From assembly GCA_002269645.1 (NCBI GenBank), contig NIVC01000922.1:62001-126000 (forward strand): a stretch of 64,000 bases of DNA. Reading direction: 5' to 3'. The DNA comes from Macrostomum lignano (Eukaryota). This document shows, in pieces, positions 1-15,400 of this stretch (position 1 is its first letter; every line of letters starts with the position of its first letter). Made by a program: the position numbers and the translations under genes. The notes beneath the pieces are model-generated. The model searched no databases. It had not been told where the DNA came from and saw only the letters and a program-made list of their open reading frames with translations.

Positions 1-740
1 ATCCTTCAGTTCCCTTATCTAGATCCTTCAGTTCCCTTATCTAGATTCTTCAGTTCCCTTGTCTACATCCTTCAGTTACATTATCTGGATCCTTCAGTTC
101 CCTTATCTAGATCCTTCAGTTCCCTTATCTAGATTCTTCAGTTCCCTTGTCTACATCCTTCAGTTACATTATCTGGATCCTTCAGTTCCCTTATCTAGAT
201 CCTTCAGTTCCCTTATCTAGATTCTTCAGTTCCCTTGTCTACATCCTTCAGTTACATTATCTGGATCCTTCAGTTCCCTTGTCTACATCCTTCAGTTACA
301 TTATCTGGATCCTTCAGTTCCCTGGTCTACATCCTTCAGTTCCCTTATCTAGATTCTTCAGTTCCCTTGTCTACATCCTTCAGTTACATTATCTGGATCC
401 TTCAGTTCCCTTATCTAGATCCTTCAGTTCCCTTATCTAGATTCTTCAGTTCCCTTGTCTACATCCTTCAGTTACATTATCTGGATCCTTCAGTTCCCTT
501 ATCTAGATACTTCAGTTCCCTTATCTAGATCCTTCAGTTCCCTTATCTAGATTCTTCAGTTCCCTTGTCTACATCCTTCAGTTACATTATCTGGATCCTT
601 CAGTTCCCTGGTCTACATCCTTCAGTTACATTATCTAGATACTTCAGTTCCCTATCTAGATCCTTCAGTTACATTATCTAGATACTTCAGTTCCCTATCT
701 AGATCCTTCAGTTACATTATCTAGCTTCTTCAGTTCCCTT
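1..740. repeat. 22-bp minisatellite (CTAGATCCTTCAGTTCCCTTAT and variants), left part
   Basis: Tandem copies read directly; the array resumes at 1717 after an insertion. Confidence 0.95.
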
Positions 741-1716
741 TGAAGAGTTGATTCGGGTGGTGATCAGTCACCCGAAAACTCCCACTTCCAGACACTTAAG
801 CCTGGGAACAAAATCAGTGATCACTTACTGTTGCGGGCTCCTCTTCTCTGTCGCGCGTGTCTGTAGAGCTCGTCTCTGTAGAGCTGTTCCTCCCGGGGTG
901 GTCTTCTTGAAGTCTAGAATCGGCCGAAAGTGAGAGCGTAACAATTAAATCGACGTCGCAGTATTTCTTCAAGTGCAGAATTCAATATATTCTCGAGTGC
1001 CGAAATCAATGTCAACGATGCGCCCTAGTAACAGAATCAACTTTAATACGAGGTCCTCCAGAAAGGGCGTCTTCTTCTAGAACTAACGGAATCGGAGTCG
1101 TGTGCTCCTATCGGTTAATCTAGGATAACCAAAATCAATCAAATCAATAATCCTCTAAGGGTATCGGAATCGGTCCGCAGATCCTATCCAATCCCTTTGG
1201 AAAAAGGAGGCCTCAAATTCAATGAACTCAATAAAATCAACTGAACAGTAACGGCCGGCAATAACAATCGCTCTCAATAATCAAAATAACGAAGACTTGA
1301 ACAAAGCTTACCAATTGGTGTTTATCTCTTCCTCAGAGATATAGCCTCTTTGGAGGCTGCTCCGAGTCTGAGATTTCAGCTCGGATTTTGCGTTTGTATT
1401 TATACACAATTTTTCGGCCTTGAGTCGACCTTGAGCTCAAAACCGGTTTTTTTGATGAGTTCACGAAAGGAATTTTATTATTTGACAGGTGGGGTTTTTG
1501 AATAGAAAGGGGTGAGACTTGAGTTACATTCAGGTTAACATTTACCATATTTGGAAGTTCTAAAAATAGATGTCGAGAACCGGTTTTTTCGAACAATAGC
1601 ATAGCCACTCGCTGTTTGCGTGATATGACTGGTATGACACATAGCTATTTTTTAATTTGTATTCATAACTTTATCTTACTACTTCTAGTAGGCTACCATG
1701 TTTAGAGATCTCTACA
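741..1716 (-). mobile_element. Solo LTR (976 bp) inserted in the minisatellite
   Basis: TG...CA ends with 7-bp inverted termini (TGAAGAG / CTCTACA). 4-bp target duplication CCTT at 737-740 and 1717-1720 splits one repeat unit exactly. TATAAATA on the minus strand near 1400. Confidence 0.75.
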
Positions 1717-2312
1717 CCTTATCTAGATCCTTCAGTTACATTATCTAGATACTTCAGTTCCCTTATCTAGATCCTCCAGTTCCTTTATCTACGTCCTTCA
1801 TTTCCCTTATCTAGATCCTCCAGTTCCTTTATCTACGTCCTTCACTTCCCTTATCTAGATCCTTCAGTTCCCTTATCTAGATCCTTCAGTTCCCTTATTT
1901 AGATCCTTCAGTTCCCTTATCTTGATCCTTCAGTTCCCTTATCTAGATCCTTCAGTTTCCTTATCTAGATCCTTCAGTTCCCTAGCTTGTCTAGATCCTT
2001 CAGTTCCTTTATCTACGTCCTTCAGTTCCCTTATCTAGATCCTTCAGTTACATTATCTATATCCTTCACTTCCCTTATCTAGATCCTTCAGTTCCCTTAT
2101 CTAGATCCTTCAGTTCCCTTATCTAGATCCTTCAGTTCCCTTATCTAGATCCTTCAGTTCCTTTATCTACGTCCTTCAGTTCCCTTATCTAGATCCTTCA
2201 GTTACATTATCTATATCCTTCACTTCCCTTATCTAGATCCTTCAGTTCCCTTGTCTAGATCCTTCAGTTTTTTATCTACGTCCTTCAGTTTTCTTATCTA
2301 GATCCTTCAGTT
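1717..2312. repeat. 22-bp minisatellite, right part
   Basis: Same unit as 1-740. Confidence 0.95.
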
Positions 2313-2340
2313 TAGCTCTTGTTAACCTACCTATTTTCAG

Positions 2341-6516
<4,176 letters not shown>

Positions 6517-6629
6517 CGTGTGCCCATCAATAGTAAGAATTCTGTCAGTATACGAGGGGCACTAGATAAGTTTCTAGCTGCGGTCGACATGTAACAGTTA
6601 TAAAGATGAAACTTTCAGAGCTTTTCAAA

Positions 6630-7472
6630 CAACAACAACAACAACAGAGTACGCTGCCAGTTCACAAAAGCAGCGTCAGATGGCGCGCTTCAAAGCTTGG
6701 GCGCGAACAAAAGCCGCACCGCCGGCAGAGTCCGGGGCGCCGGCGTCAGCCAGCAGACAGTCGACGTAGCGCCGAGTCCTCGCCTGTCCCCGCCGGTAGG
6801 GTGCCTGCAACGTAAGTAGCAGCACCTCCTGCACCGGCTCCGGACAGTAGGCCTCGGCGCGGATGACGTGGCCTGCCAGCTGGAGTCGCCGACGGCGCAG
6901 CAGATCGCTAGGACGGGCCAGGCCGGTGCGATGATAGAGCGCCGTGTTGGTGACTCGCTCGTTGCCGATCTTGAAGGCGGCGCGCAGCAGGCCAGCGTGC
7001 GCCGCGTCGACTTGAGCCTCGAGCGAGTCTGTCAGCGTCCAGGTCTCGGCGTTGTATAACAGGACGGTCTCGATCACCGCCTGGAATAGCGCCGCCCTCT
7101 GGCGGTCCGGTAGGGCCTCGGACTGCAGGACTGACCTTATAGAACGAAAGGCAGCCCAGGCAAGTCCTCGGCGACGCCGCAGATCCTCGCGGACGTCGGG
7201 AACCAGACCGCCGAGGTAGACGAACTGCTGACATCTTGGAAGCTCACTCGCCTGTCCGTCAGCGCCTCGGCAGAAGATTGCAGCCTCGGTGTCGTCCGGC
7301 ACGCATAGCACGACGGTCTTCTGCGTGTTGACCACCAGGCCGACGCTCGCCGCAACGGCAACCAGCCTATCCAGCTGTCGTTGGGCGCCCTCGACGGTCG
7401 AGGACAGCAGGGCGAGGTCATCGGCGTAGCCAAGCACGCTGAGCCGTCTCTCCGGTTGGCGTCGTACTTCGA
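6630..7472 (-). mobile_element. 5'-truncated non-LTR retrotransposon (RTE-like) nested in the mariner
   Basis: ORF 6676-7437 carries GYADDLALL (RT catalytic motif) and a C-terminal LLYNAETW..RRRRLQLAGHVIR region. (GTT)n tail. 9-bp TSD CTTTTCAAA at 6621-6629 and 7473-7481. The clade assignment is from motif and tail style. Confidence 0.9.
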
Positions 7473-8527
7473 CTTTTCAAAGTACTCTCCATCAGCTTGG
7501 ATGCACCGCCTCATCCGCTCAAACCAAGTTTCAAAGCAGTGGCGCCACTCTGAGTGGGATACCCCCTCAACGGCCGATCTATAGGCATCAACAGCCTCTT
7601 CGGCGGAGGAAAATCGGCACCCTCGCATGGAATTCTTGATGAATGGAAATAAAAAAAGTCACACGGTGCCAGGTCAGGTGAATATGGTGGATGACTGAGC
7701 TGCTGGAAGCCCACCGTCTGTAGAAACTCTCGAGTTCGATTCGCCGTGTGCGCACTGGCGTTGTCCTGGTGCAGCCAGAGACCTCGAACGCCGCACTTTG
7801 GCCGCGCCTCTTTAAGGCTGCTGATGACACGCGGCAGGCAGACGGTGCAGTACCAATCTGCAGTCACTGTGCGCTGGCTCTCGAGTGCTACAGTCGCAAT
7901 GTGGCCAGTCTTTCGGAAGAAAGTTGCCACCATTTGCTTGCCAGTGCTCCGACCCCTGACAACCTTGGTCGGCGGGGCTTCATCTTCAAAAGCCCACACA
8001 CGCGACTGGCATTTCCGCTCGGGTTCGTAGCAATACACCCACGTTTCGTCACATGTGACAATGTCTGTGACAGACTTCGACGTCCCTCCGCCAAACCTGT
8101 CCAGCATTTCCTGGCACCAGCTCATGCGGGCCTGCTTCTGCTCGGTGGTGAGCAAATGCGGCACCCAGCGACTGGTCAGCTTGCGGACAGCGAGGTGATC
8201 ACGAAGGATAGAAGCGACTGTCGGCGATGAGATTCCAAGACATGCCTCAATCGTTTGATTCGTCACTCGCCGATCAGCCTCAATCATGCGCCGCACGCGG
8301 TCGATAGTTTCAGGTGTCGTCACTGAAACAGGTCGGCCGGTTCGACCTTCGTCTTCCAAGCTGTCTCGGCCACGCTTGAACTCCCGGAACCAGGCGGTGA
8401 CGGTGGCGATGGATGGCGCAAGGTTAGGAAAGGCAGCAGACAGCCGCTCGTGGCACTGGTGAAATGTCAAGCCGCTCTTAAAATCGTAGAAAATCATGGC
8501 ACGAAAGTGTTCACGATTGAGCTCCAT
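7473..8527 (-). pseudogene. Mariner transposase (about 353 aa reconstructed), with a frameshift and an interrupted C-terminus
   Basis: Motifs WVPHLL, TCDETW, HQDNA, YSPDLAPCD with 34 residues between the second and third Asp. A T7 run at 7651-7657 needs T8 to continue as DFFLFPFIKNSMRG...GEYFEK. The last codons (L, stop) are displaced to 6615-6620. Confidence 0.9.
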
Positions 8528-8914
8528 TACAGTGCTGAAAGAGTCACAGACCTTGTTGAGATAAAATGCGACAGTGAGAGAATGGTGACAATTAGGTGCA
8601 TGAAACTTTGGGGACCATGATAAAACTTCTTATTCAATATGCTCAGAAAATATGGCCTAATTTGAATAAACGGTTTGACCGCAGCTAAAAACTTATCTAG
8701 TGCCCCTCGTATATGCTATAACTGCCGAGTTACTATCTCTCTTGTTACTAATACTATTATTAATATTTTTGTTGCTTTTTCTAGTTGCTTTCTAATTTTT
8801 CATATTTTAGCGTTTTTTCTTGTACGACAATTCGTTTATGCTAGATGCTTTTTTGTTTGCATGATTGAGAATTTTTTAATTTTACAATTGACCTAGTTTT
8901 ACCCTCTGACGCAT

Positions 8915-9680
8915 AACCCAGTTGGTCAGATGATGACTCTCATGACCCAGTTTGTCAGTTGATGACTCTCATGAACCAGTTGGTCAGTTGATGACTGTCA
9001 TGACCCAGTTGGTCAGGTGATGACTCTCATGACCCAGTTTGTCAGGTGATGACTCCCATGACCCAGTTTGTCAGTTGATGACTCTCATGAACCAGTTGGT
9101 CAGTTGATGACTGTCATGACCCAGTTGGTCAGTTGATGACTGTCATGACCCAGTTGGTCAGGTGATGACTCTCATGACCCAGTTTGTCAGGTGATGACTC
9201 CCATGACCCAGTTTGTCAGGTGATGACTCTCATGACCCAGTTTGTCAGGTGATGACTCCCATGACCCAGTTTGTCAGGTGATGACTCTCATGACCCAGTT
9301 TGTCAGTTGATGACTCTCATGAACCAGTTGGTCAGTTGATGACTGTCATGACCCAGTTGGTCAGGTGATGACTCCCATGACCCAGTTGGTCAGATGATGA
9401 CTCTCATGACCCAGTTGGTCAGGTGATGACTCTCATGTTCCAGTTGGTCAGGTGCTGACTCTCATGACCCAGTTTGTCAGGTGATGACTCTCATGACCCA
9501 GTTTGTCAGTTGATGACTCTCATGAACCAGTTGGTCAGTTGATGACTGTCATGACCCAGTTGGTCAGGTGATGACTCCCATGACCCAGTTGGTCAGATGA
9601 TGACTCTCATGACCCAGTTGGTCAGGTGATGACTCTCATGTTCCAGTTGGTCAGGTGCTGACTCTCATGACCCAGTTTTC
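8915..9680. repeat. 29-bp minisatellite (GACCCAGTTGGTCAGGTGATGACTCTCAT)
   Basis: Direct reading, about 26 copies. Confidence 0.95.
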
Positions 9681-10247
9681 ATCCCCAAAATCGCAGGCCA
9701 TTAGTTCTAGTCCCAGTCAAAATTTAGTCTTTGTGATATTTTCAGTCTCATCGAACGATTTTATTTTATTGGAAATTTTTTATGTTTAATTTTTTAGGTA
9801 ATCAGTTTTGAAGTCGATATTTGCTACATATTTTCCTTTTTAATAATTTAAGAAAGATGATAAATCACTCACTGTTCTAGCCAAGTATTGATCTAATCAC
9901 TCAGTTCTGTTGTTAAGCAACTGGAGATGAAAATAAATCAGATTTTTTGACAACTGTTTTCAAATAATTATTCTTGTTTTCTAATTTAGAAAAACTGAAA
10001 AAATAATTTTTTAATTATTTCTGCATTTTTGTTAGCAGAATTTTCAGTTATTTTTTTAAAGTTCTATCCAAGACTCGACTTACGAGTATTAATTTATCAG
10101 CCTTGTGATTAAATTTCATCAAATTATTTTTTCTTGTGCCTAAATATATTCATACGAGCTAGAATATTCAAATTAATTTCAGATTGACTTTATGCCTTTT
10201 AATTTGCAATTTCAACGTGAGCTTTTAACACTCTGGTTCCAGCTCTT

Positions 10248-10915
10248 ATTCTGTCTAACAGGTACACAATTCTGTCTAACAGTTACACCATTCTGTCTAA
10301 CAGGTACACAATTCTGTCTAACAGTTACACCATTCTGTCTAATAGGTACACTATTCTACCTAACAGGTACACCATTCTGTCTAATAGGTACACTATTCTG
10401 TCTAATAGGGTATACCATACTTTCTAACAGGTACACCATTCTGTCTAATAGGTACACTATTCTATCTAACAGGGTATACCATACTTTCTAACAGGTACAC
10501 CATTCTGTCTAACAGTTACACCATTCTGTCTAACAGGTACACCATTCTGTCTAACAGGTCATCATTCTGTCTAGCAGGTATTCCATTCTGTCTAACAGGT
10601 ATTCCATTCTGTCTAGCAGGTATTCCATTCTGTCTAACAGGTATTCCATTCTGTCTAGCAGGTATTCCATTCTGTCTTGCAGGTATTCCATTCTGTCTTG
10701 CAGGTATTCCATTCTGTCTAGCAGGTATTCCATTCTGTCTAACAGGTATTCCATTCTGTCTTGCAGGTATTCCATTCTGTCTTGCAGGTATTCCATTCTG
10801 TCTTGCAGGTATTCCATTCTGTCTAGCAGGTATTCCATTCTGTCTAACAGGTATTCCATTCTGTCTAACAGGTATTCCATTCTGTCTAACAGGTATTCCA
10901 TTCTGTCTAACAGGT
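10248..10915. repeat. 21-bp minisatellite (CTGTCTAACAGGTATTCCATT family)
   Basis: Direct reading; unit sequence drifts along the array. Confidence 0.95.
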
Positions 10916-11611
10916 ATTAGATCTCTAACAGGCTTTGATTTGCCACATCTACAAAACGCATATTTTTATTTCCTACACAGCATCTGTCACGTGACTTGAA
11001 ATACTCGGCCATATCAAGTGTATCAGTTAGCAATAATAACCAAAGTGTTTATGTTAAACGTTTCGATTTTTACGAGCGTATATTTGCTTAGCAGATCGAA
11101 TCTACCTGTGAAGCCCGTTAAGTACCTATTTTGTGTTTCATGCTTGATTGAGACTTAGCGTCTCTTTGAGGATGCAACGTATCCTTAACAGAATACAAAA
11201 TGCTACTGCAGATTTATTTGCTATTTTTAACCATTCTTGCTTGCATTGCATGTTTCGCAGCATATATCCCTTTCGTTTGTGCAAGATGCATAGAGCCATA
11301 AATACGATTGGCGTATCAAATACTCGTAATATGTTTACCTTCCATTTGCTACTTCCGGTATAATTTATTGGTAAGCATCCTTAAACTTGTAGAAAATTTA
11401 ATTCATTTGTATTGCTTTCTATCTGTGCCACGTAAAACTTCTGTCGGACAAAAAAAGTAAATTGAAAAAGAACAATCAATACAACAGTTAAATATAGAGA
11501 TTTTGAAGATTTTGAAAAATAGTATCTAGAATACAGAAGAATAATAATAGATTCTCCTTGAGTACAGTTAGAGAATTTATATTGCATGCATAGAATGAAC
11601 TACCAACAGCG

Positions 11612-12165
11612 GGTATTCCATTGTGTCTAACAGGTAGTTAATTCGGTCTAACAGGTATTTAGTTCTGTCTAACAGGTATTTAATTCTGTTTAACAGGTAT
11701 TTAGTTCAGTCTAACAAATATTTATTTCTGTCTAACAGGTATTTAATTCTATCTAAGAGATATTTATTTCTGTCTAACAGGTATTTAGTTCTATCTAAGA
11801 GATATTTATTTCTGTCTAACAGGTAGTTAATTCTGTCTAACAGGTATTTAGTTCTGTCTAAGAGATATTTATTTCTGTCTAACAGGTAGTTAATTCTGTC
11901 TAACAGGTATTTAGTTCTGTCTAAGAGATATTTATTTCTGTCTAACAGGTATTTAGTTCTATCTAAGAGATATTTATTTCTGTCTAACAGGTATTTAGTT
12001 CTATCTAAGAGATATTTATTTCTGTCTAACAGGTATTTAATTCTATCTAAGAGATATTTATTTCTGTCTAACAGGTATTTAGTTCTGTCTAACAGGTATT
12101 AAATTCTGTCTAACAGGTAGCTAATTCTGTATAACAGGAATTTAGTTCTGACTAACAGTTATTCC
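11612..12165. repeat. 21-bp minisatellite related to the 10.2-10.9 kb array (CTGTCTAACAGGTATTTAGTT)
   Basis: Shares the CTGTCTAACAGGTA core. Confidence 0.93.
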
Positions 12166-12403
12166 AATGTCCAACAGCAACAGTTGTTTGCTTGACTAAT
12201 AACTCCTGTAATTGGAGGTGGGAATTGCTAATTTTGAAATTCCACGTAATAGTGCACAACAACAAAAATTAAGGGCAGTAACAAGTATTTATCGGTTTAA
12301 CACAGTGTTCAGGCTAGAATAACATGATGCGCGAAGAAGTTTTTGTTTTTAGTTAATTGTAATTTTTTCACAACATCAATTCATTCTCGAAGTGCATGTG
12401 AAT

Positions 12404-15400
12404 TTATAGATCTTCAATCGAACGGAACGCAGTGTTGTCTTTACCCTTGACGTCTTCGTGCTCTTTAATCAGACGAACAAAGACTTGATCGAGCGACATC
12501 TGGTAGAACGTGAAGTATTGAATGCTTAGAGCGGCTTGGTTCTCGGTGAGCCAAGCCAGGGCATCCGACAAGCTGCTACCAATGGAATCCTGGGGCACCA
12601 GAAACTGGACGCGATTAGAAAGCTCCTCAGAGATTTTGCAGTGCGGAAACTTTTCCATGACGGCGTTGATCACGCGACGCATCTTGTCGCGCACCTGGCT
12701 TGGCTGCAGATCGCTTGTGACGTTAAGCAGAATGTCAAGCGTATAGGCATGTCCGTATCTGGCGTGTTGGGTTGGTTTACATTGATAACCAAATATGTAT
12801 ATACGAGCGTATTTCAACCAGCCAGCTAGCCCAGTTTATTCTTACCTAAATGTTAAGGCGTTATTGGAAGAATATTCATATCCGTTATATTTCTCTCTGC
12901 ATACGTTGTAGGTGGTCGAAAATTCTAGAATGCCCGCGTGATTCTATGGCTATGTTGGCGTCTGCCCGTGTCATCGGACCTTTTTTAAATGGAAAGCCTG
13001 GTCTCCCTAAGAAAATTTCTCGGCTCAATCTCTTGATAGTTTTTCTGCGTTGCTTGTCCCCTCCCCTTCTCTTCTCTACGGATGTGGCACAGATCTAAGC
13101 GCAAGGACCATTAGTCCAAGGACCATGTATCAAAAAGCAGGCAGGAATGCTACCAAGCAACCACACTTACCGACTTCTCAACTGTTGTATTGTGCCGAAC
13201 GCAATCATGTAGCCGTGGTTCATGATCCCGACGCGGCTGCAGAGTGCTTCCACTTCTTCCATGCTGTGGGTTGTCACCACCACTGACCGCTGGTCGTTCG
13301 CCATGCCGCGAATAGCACTCCAAATTAGACGCTTGGCCTCCGGATCGACACCTGTCGAGGCCTCGTCAATGACAACCAGGGAAGGATTGCCCAGAAGAGA
13401 AATTGCCAGGCAGAGACGGCGCTTGTTACCACCCGACAGCTGTTCCGCTTGCTTATTGCGGTGCTCGCTGAGGCCCAGGCCGTTCACCAGGTTTGGAATC
13501 TGCTTAGCGGCCACGTTTTTGGGCACGCCACGGATTCTAGAATAGAATTCCAGATGCTCCATCACTGTGATGCTGTCGAACAAAGGATTGTGCTGAGGAC
13601 AATAGCCAACTGCTCCATTGGTGGCACCGTCGCTTCCAGACATCCAGATATCGTGGGAGCACACCTCGCAGCTGCCGCCCGTGGCCACCTCCTCGCCAAC
13701 AACAACAGCTAGAGTGGTTGTCTTGCCGGCTCCGTTAGGCCCAAGTAGGCCGAATATTTCACCCGAGATGGCTCCAAATGACACGCCCTTCACCGCTAGC
13801 ACTCCGTTGTCGTACTTTTTCTCCAGACTTTTAACCTCCAGTACGTTTTGTCTACTCCTGTTGGATTGGCCAATTCGCTCGATTTCCTGCTTGACTCCTG
13901 CATCCGAGCTCTGGTTCAGCATCTGCTGCTGAATGTTTGTCTTCCGTCGCAGAGCCCTGCCGCACGCTGACGCAATCTCCGATCGGTTCTCCATCATTGC
14001 AATGAACGCAATCAGCAGAACTATGTGAGCAATCACCGCTATTAGCGAATGGAGAACGTAAGGATTGGAGAAGTATACGGATGCCTGGTTTGGTATGTCG
14101 CTAATGTTATCTAGATTGTAATAAGACATTGCGTAGATGGACAACTTCACGACAAAGAAGACTAGTGAAACGGTGGCAAACGGAGGCAACAACCATATTG
14201 TTATAATGCTGGCCAAGTAGCTGAATTGCACAGCCGACACGGCACTGCTAAGCCACATAGCGATGAAGAAGTAGATCACTGTCACTATCGGGTTGGGTTT
14301 CTTTAGGAGCATTCCGATCGAGTAGACCCACAACTGGTTGCTGGCGCACCCGATAAACAGGCAGGGCAGACCAGCGCCAGCTATGAAAAACGCGTTGCCA
14401 TAGTTACGGGGAATAATGGCAGCAAACAGGATAGCTGACAGAAGAACAAACACAGCGTACTGGCACCAGTGGAGCAGAAACGTGTTGAACCAATAGCCAA
14501 TACTTCTCATTCCCATTGAGCGAAGATGATAGCGCACCTTGGAGTCCTTGTCCTCGAGGGGATCGCTGATGTATGTCACTGGGATAATTGAGAAGATGAA
14601 AACAAAAATAAATATTCCCATTACAGGATAAACGCTAGTTTGATAGCTACGAATTCCAACCGGAAACACGAAGTTTCGGATGCTACCAAAGCCAAAGTAC
14701 GTAGCCAGCGAAGAATAGCTGTCTAACAGTTGGGCGATTTTCGATTCTTGAAACGGCGAATACTGGTTAGAGAAGACGCCAACGTAGAGGGTTCGGTTTG
14801 AATTATTATTTTCTGCCTGATTCCACGACGTCGAATACACAATAGGACAGGAATAGTGCAGAATGCAAGTACCGTTGAGTGCGCTTAGTGTGTCCGGCTG
14901 AGTGAGAAACGAGGAGATGTCTGTAGATCGGCTTTTATTCAGCACAACCATACGACTTTCAGAATAACAGTTAAAAAGTTGGCAACAAGTAGTTTTGTTT
15001 AGATAGTTTTGATCTTCGACATCCTTGATGCACGTAGCTTCGGTTTGAGAACTTTGGCTGCTTATATTTTGTCTTGGCGAGATTATCCTCTGCGGAAGGC
15101 TTCGCTCTAAAAACAGAGCTCCAATTAGCGCGGCAAGAAGTATGATTGGAAAGATAAACCGACAACACAGCTTTAGCTTGGCTCTCTTGAGCCGCGTAAG
15201 GTTTAGCTTCATCAGTGCGCCAAACTGTTCCGGTGAAGTCGCCGATGTAACATTGCTTCCCTGAGACTTTAGCATTGTCTGCAGCTCGTTCTGCGCCTCT
15301 CTACTAGCGCTGGCTTGATGCTCCGCAAAGTTGCTTAACTGACCAGACTGGAACGCTGCCTCAATTTCTGCAAGATTTACGTCCTTCAGCCGGATGAAGA

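Larger units (their letters stand above)
6551..8711 (-). mobile_element. Mariner (DD34D) DNA transposon, about 1.31 kb once the nested insertion is removed
   Basis: 35-bp TIRs at 6551-6585 and 8677-8711 (1 mismatch; TACGAGGGGCACTAGATAAGTTT...), TA on both flanks. Lies 34 nt after the PCYT2 stop. Confidence 0.97.

Noticed and set aside
1333-1608. 91-aa minus ORF ending in an NLS-like PPKRLYL
   Set aside because: Lies inside the solo LTR across its TATA box, has no ATG at the annotated start, and shows no recognisable domain.
10551-10901. Coiled-coil-like ORF (MEYLLDR)n
   Set aside because: It is the translation of a 21-bp minisatellite with no splice or expression support.
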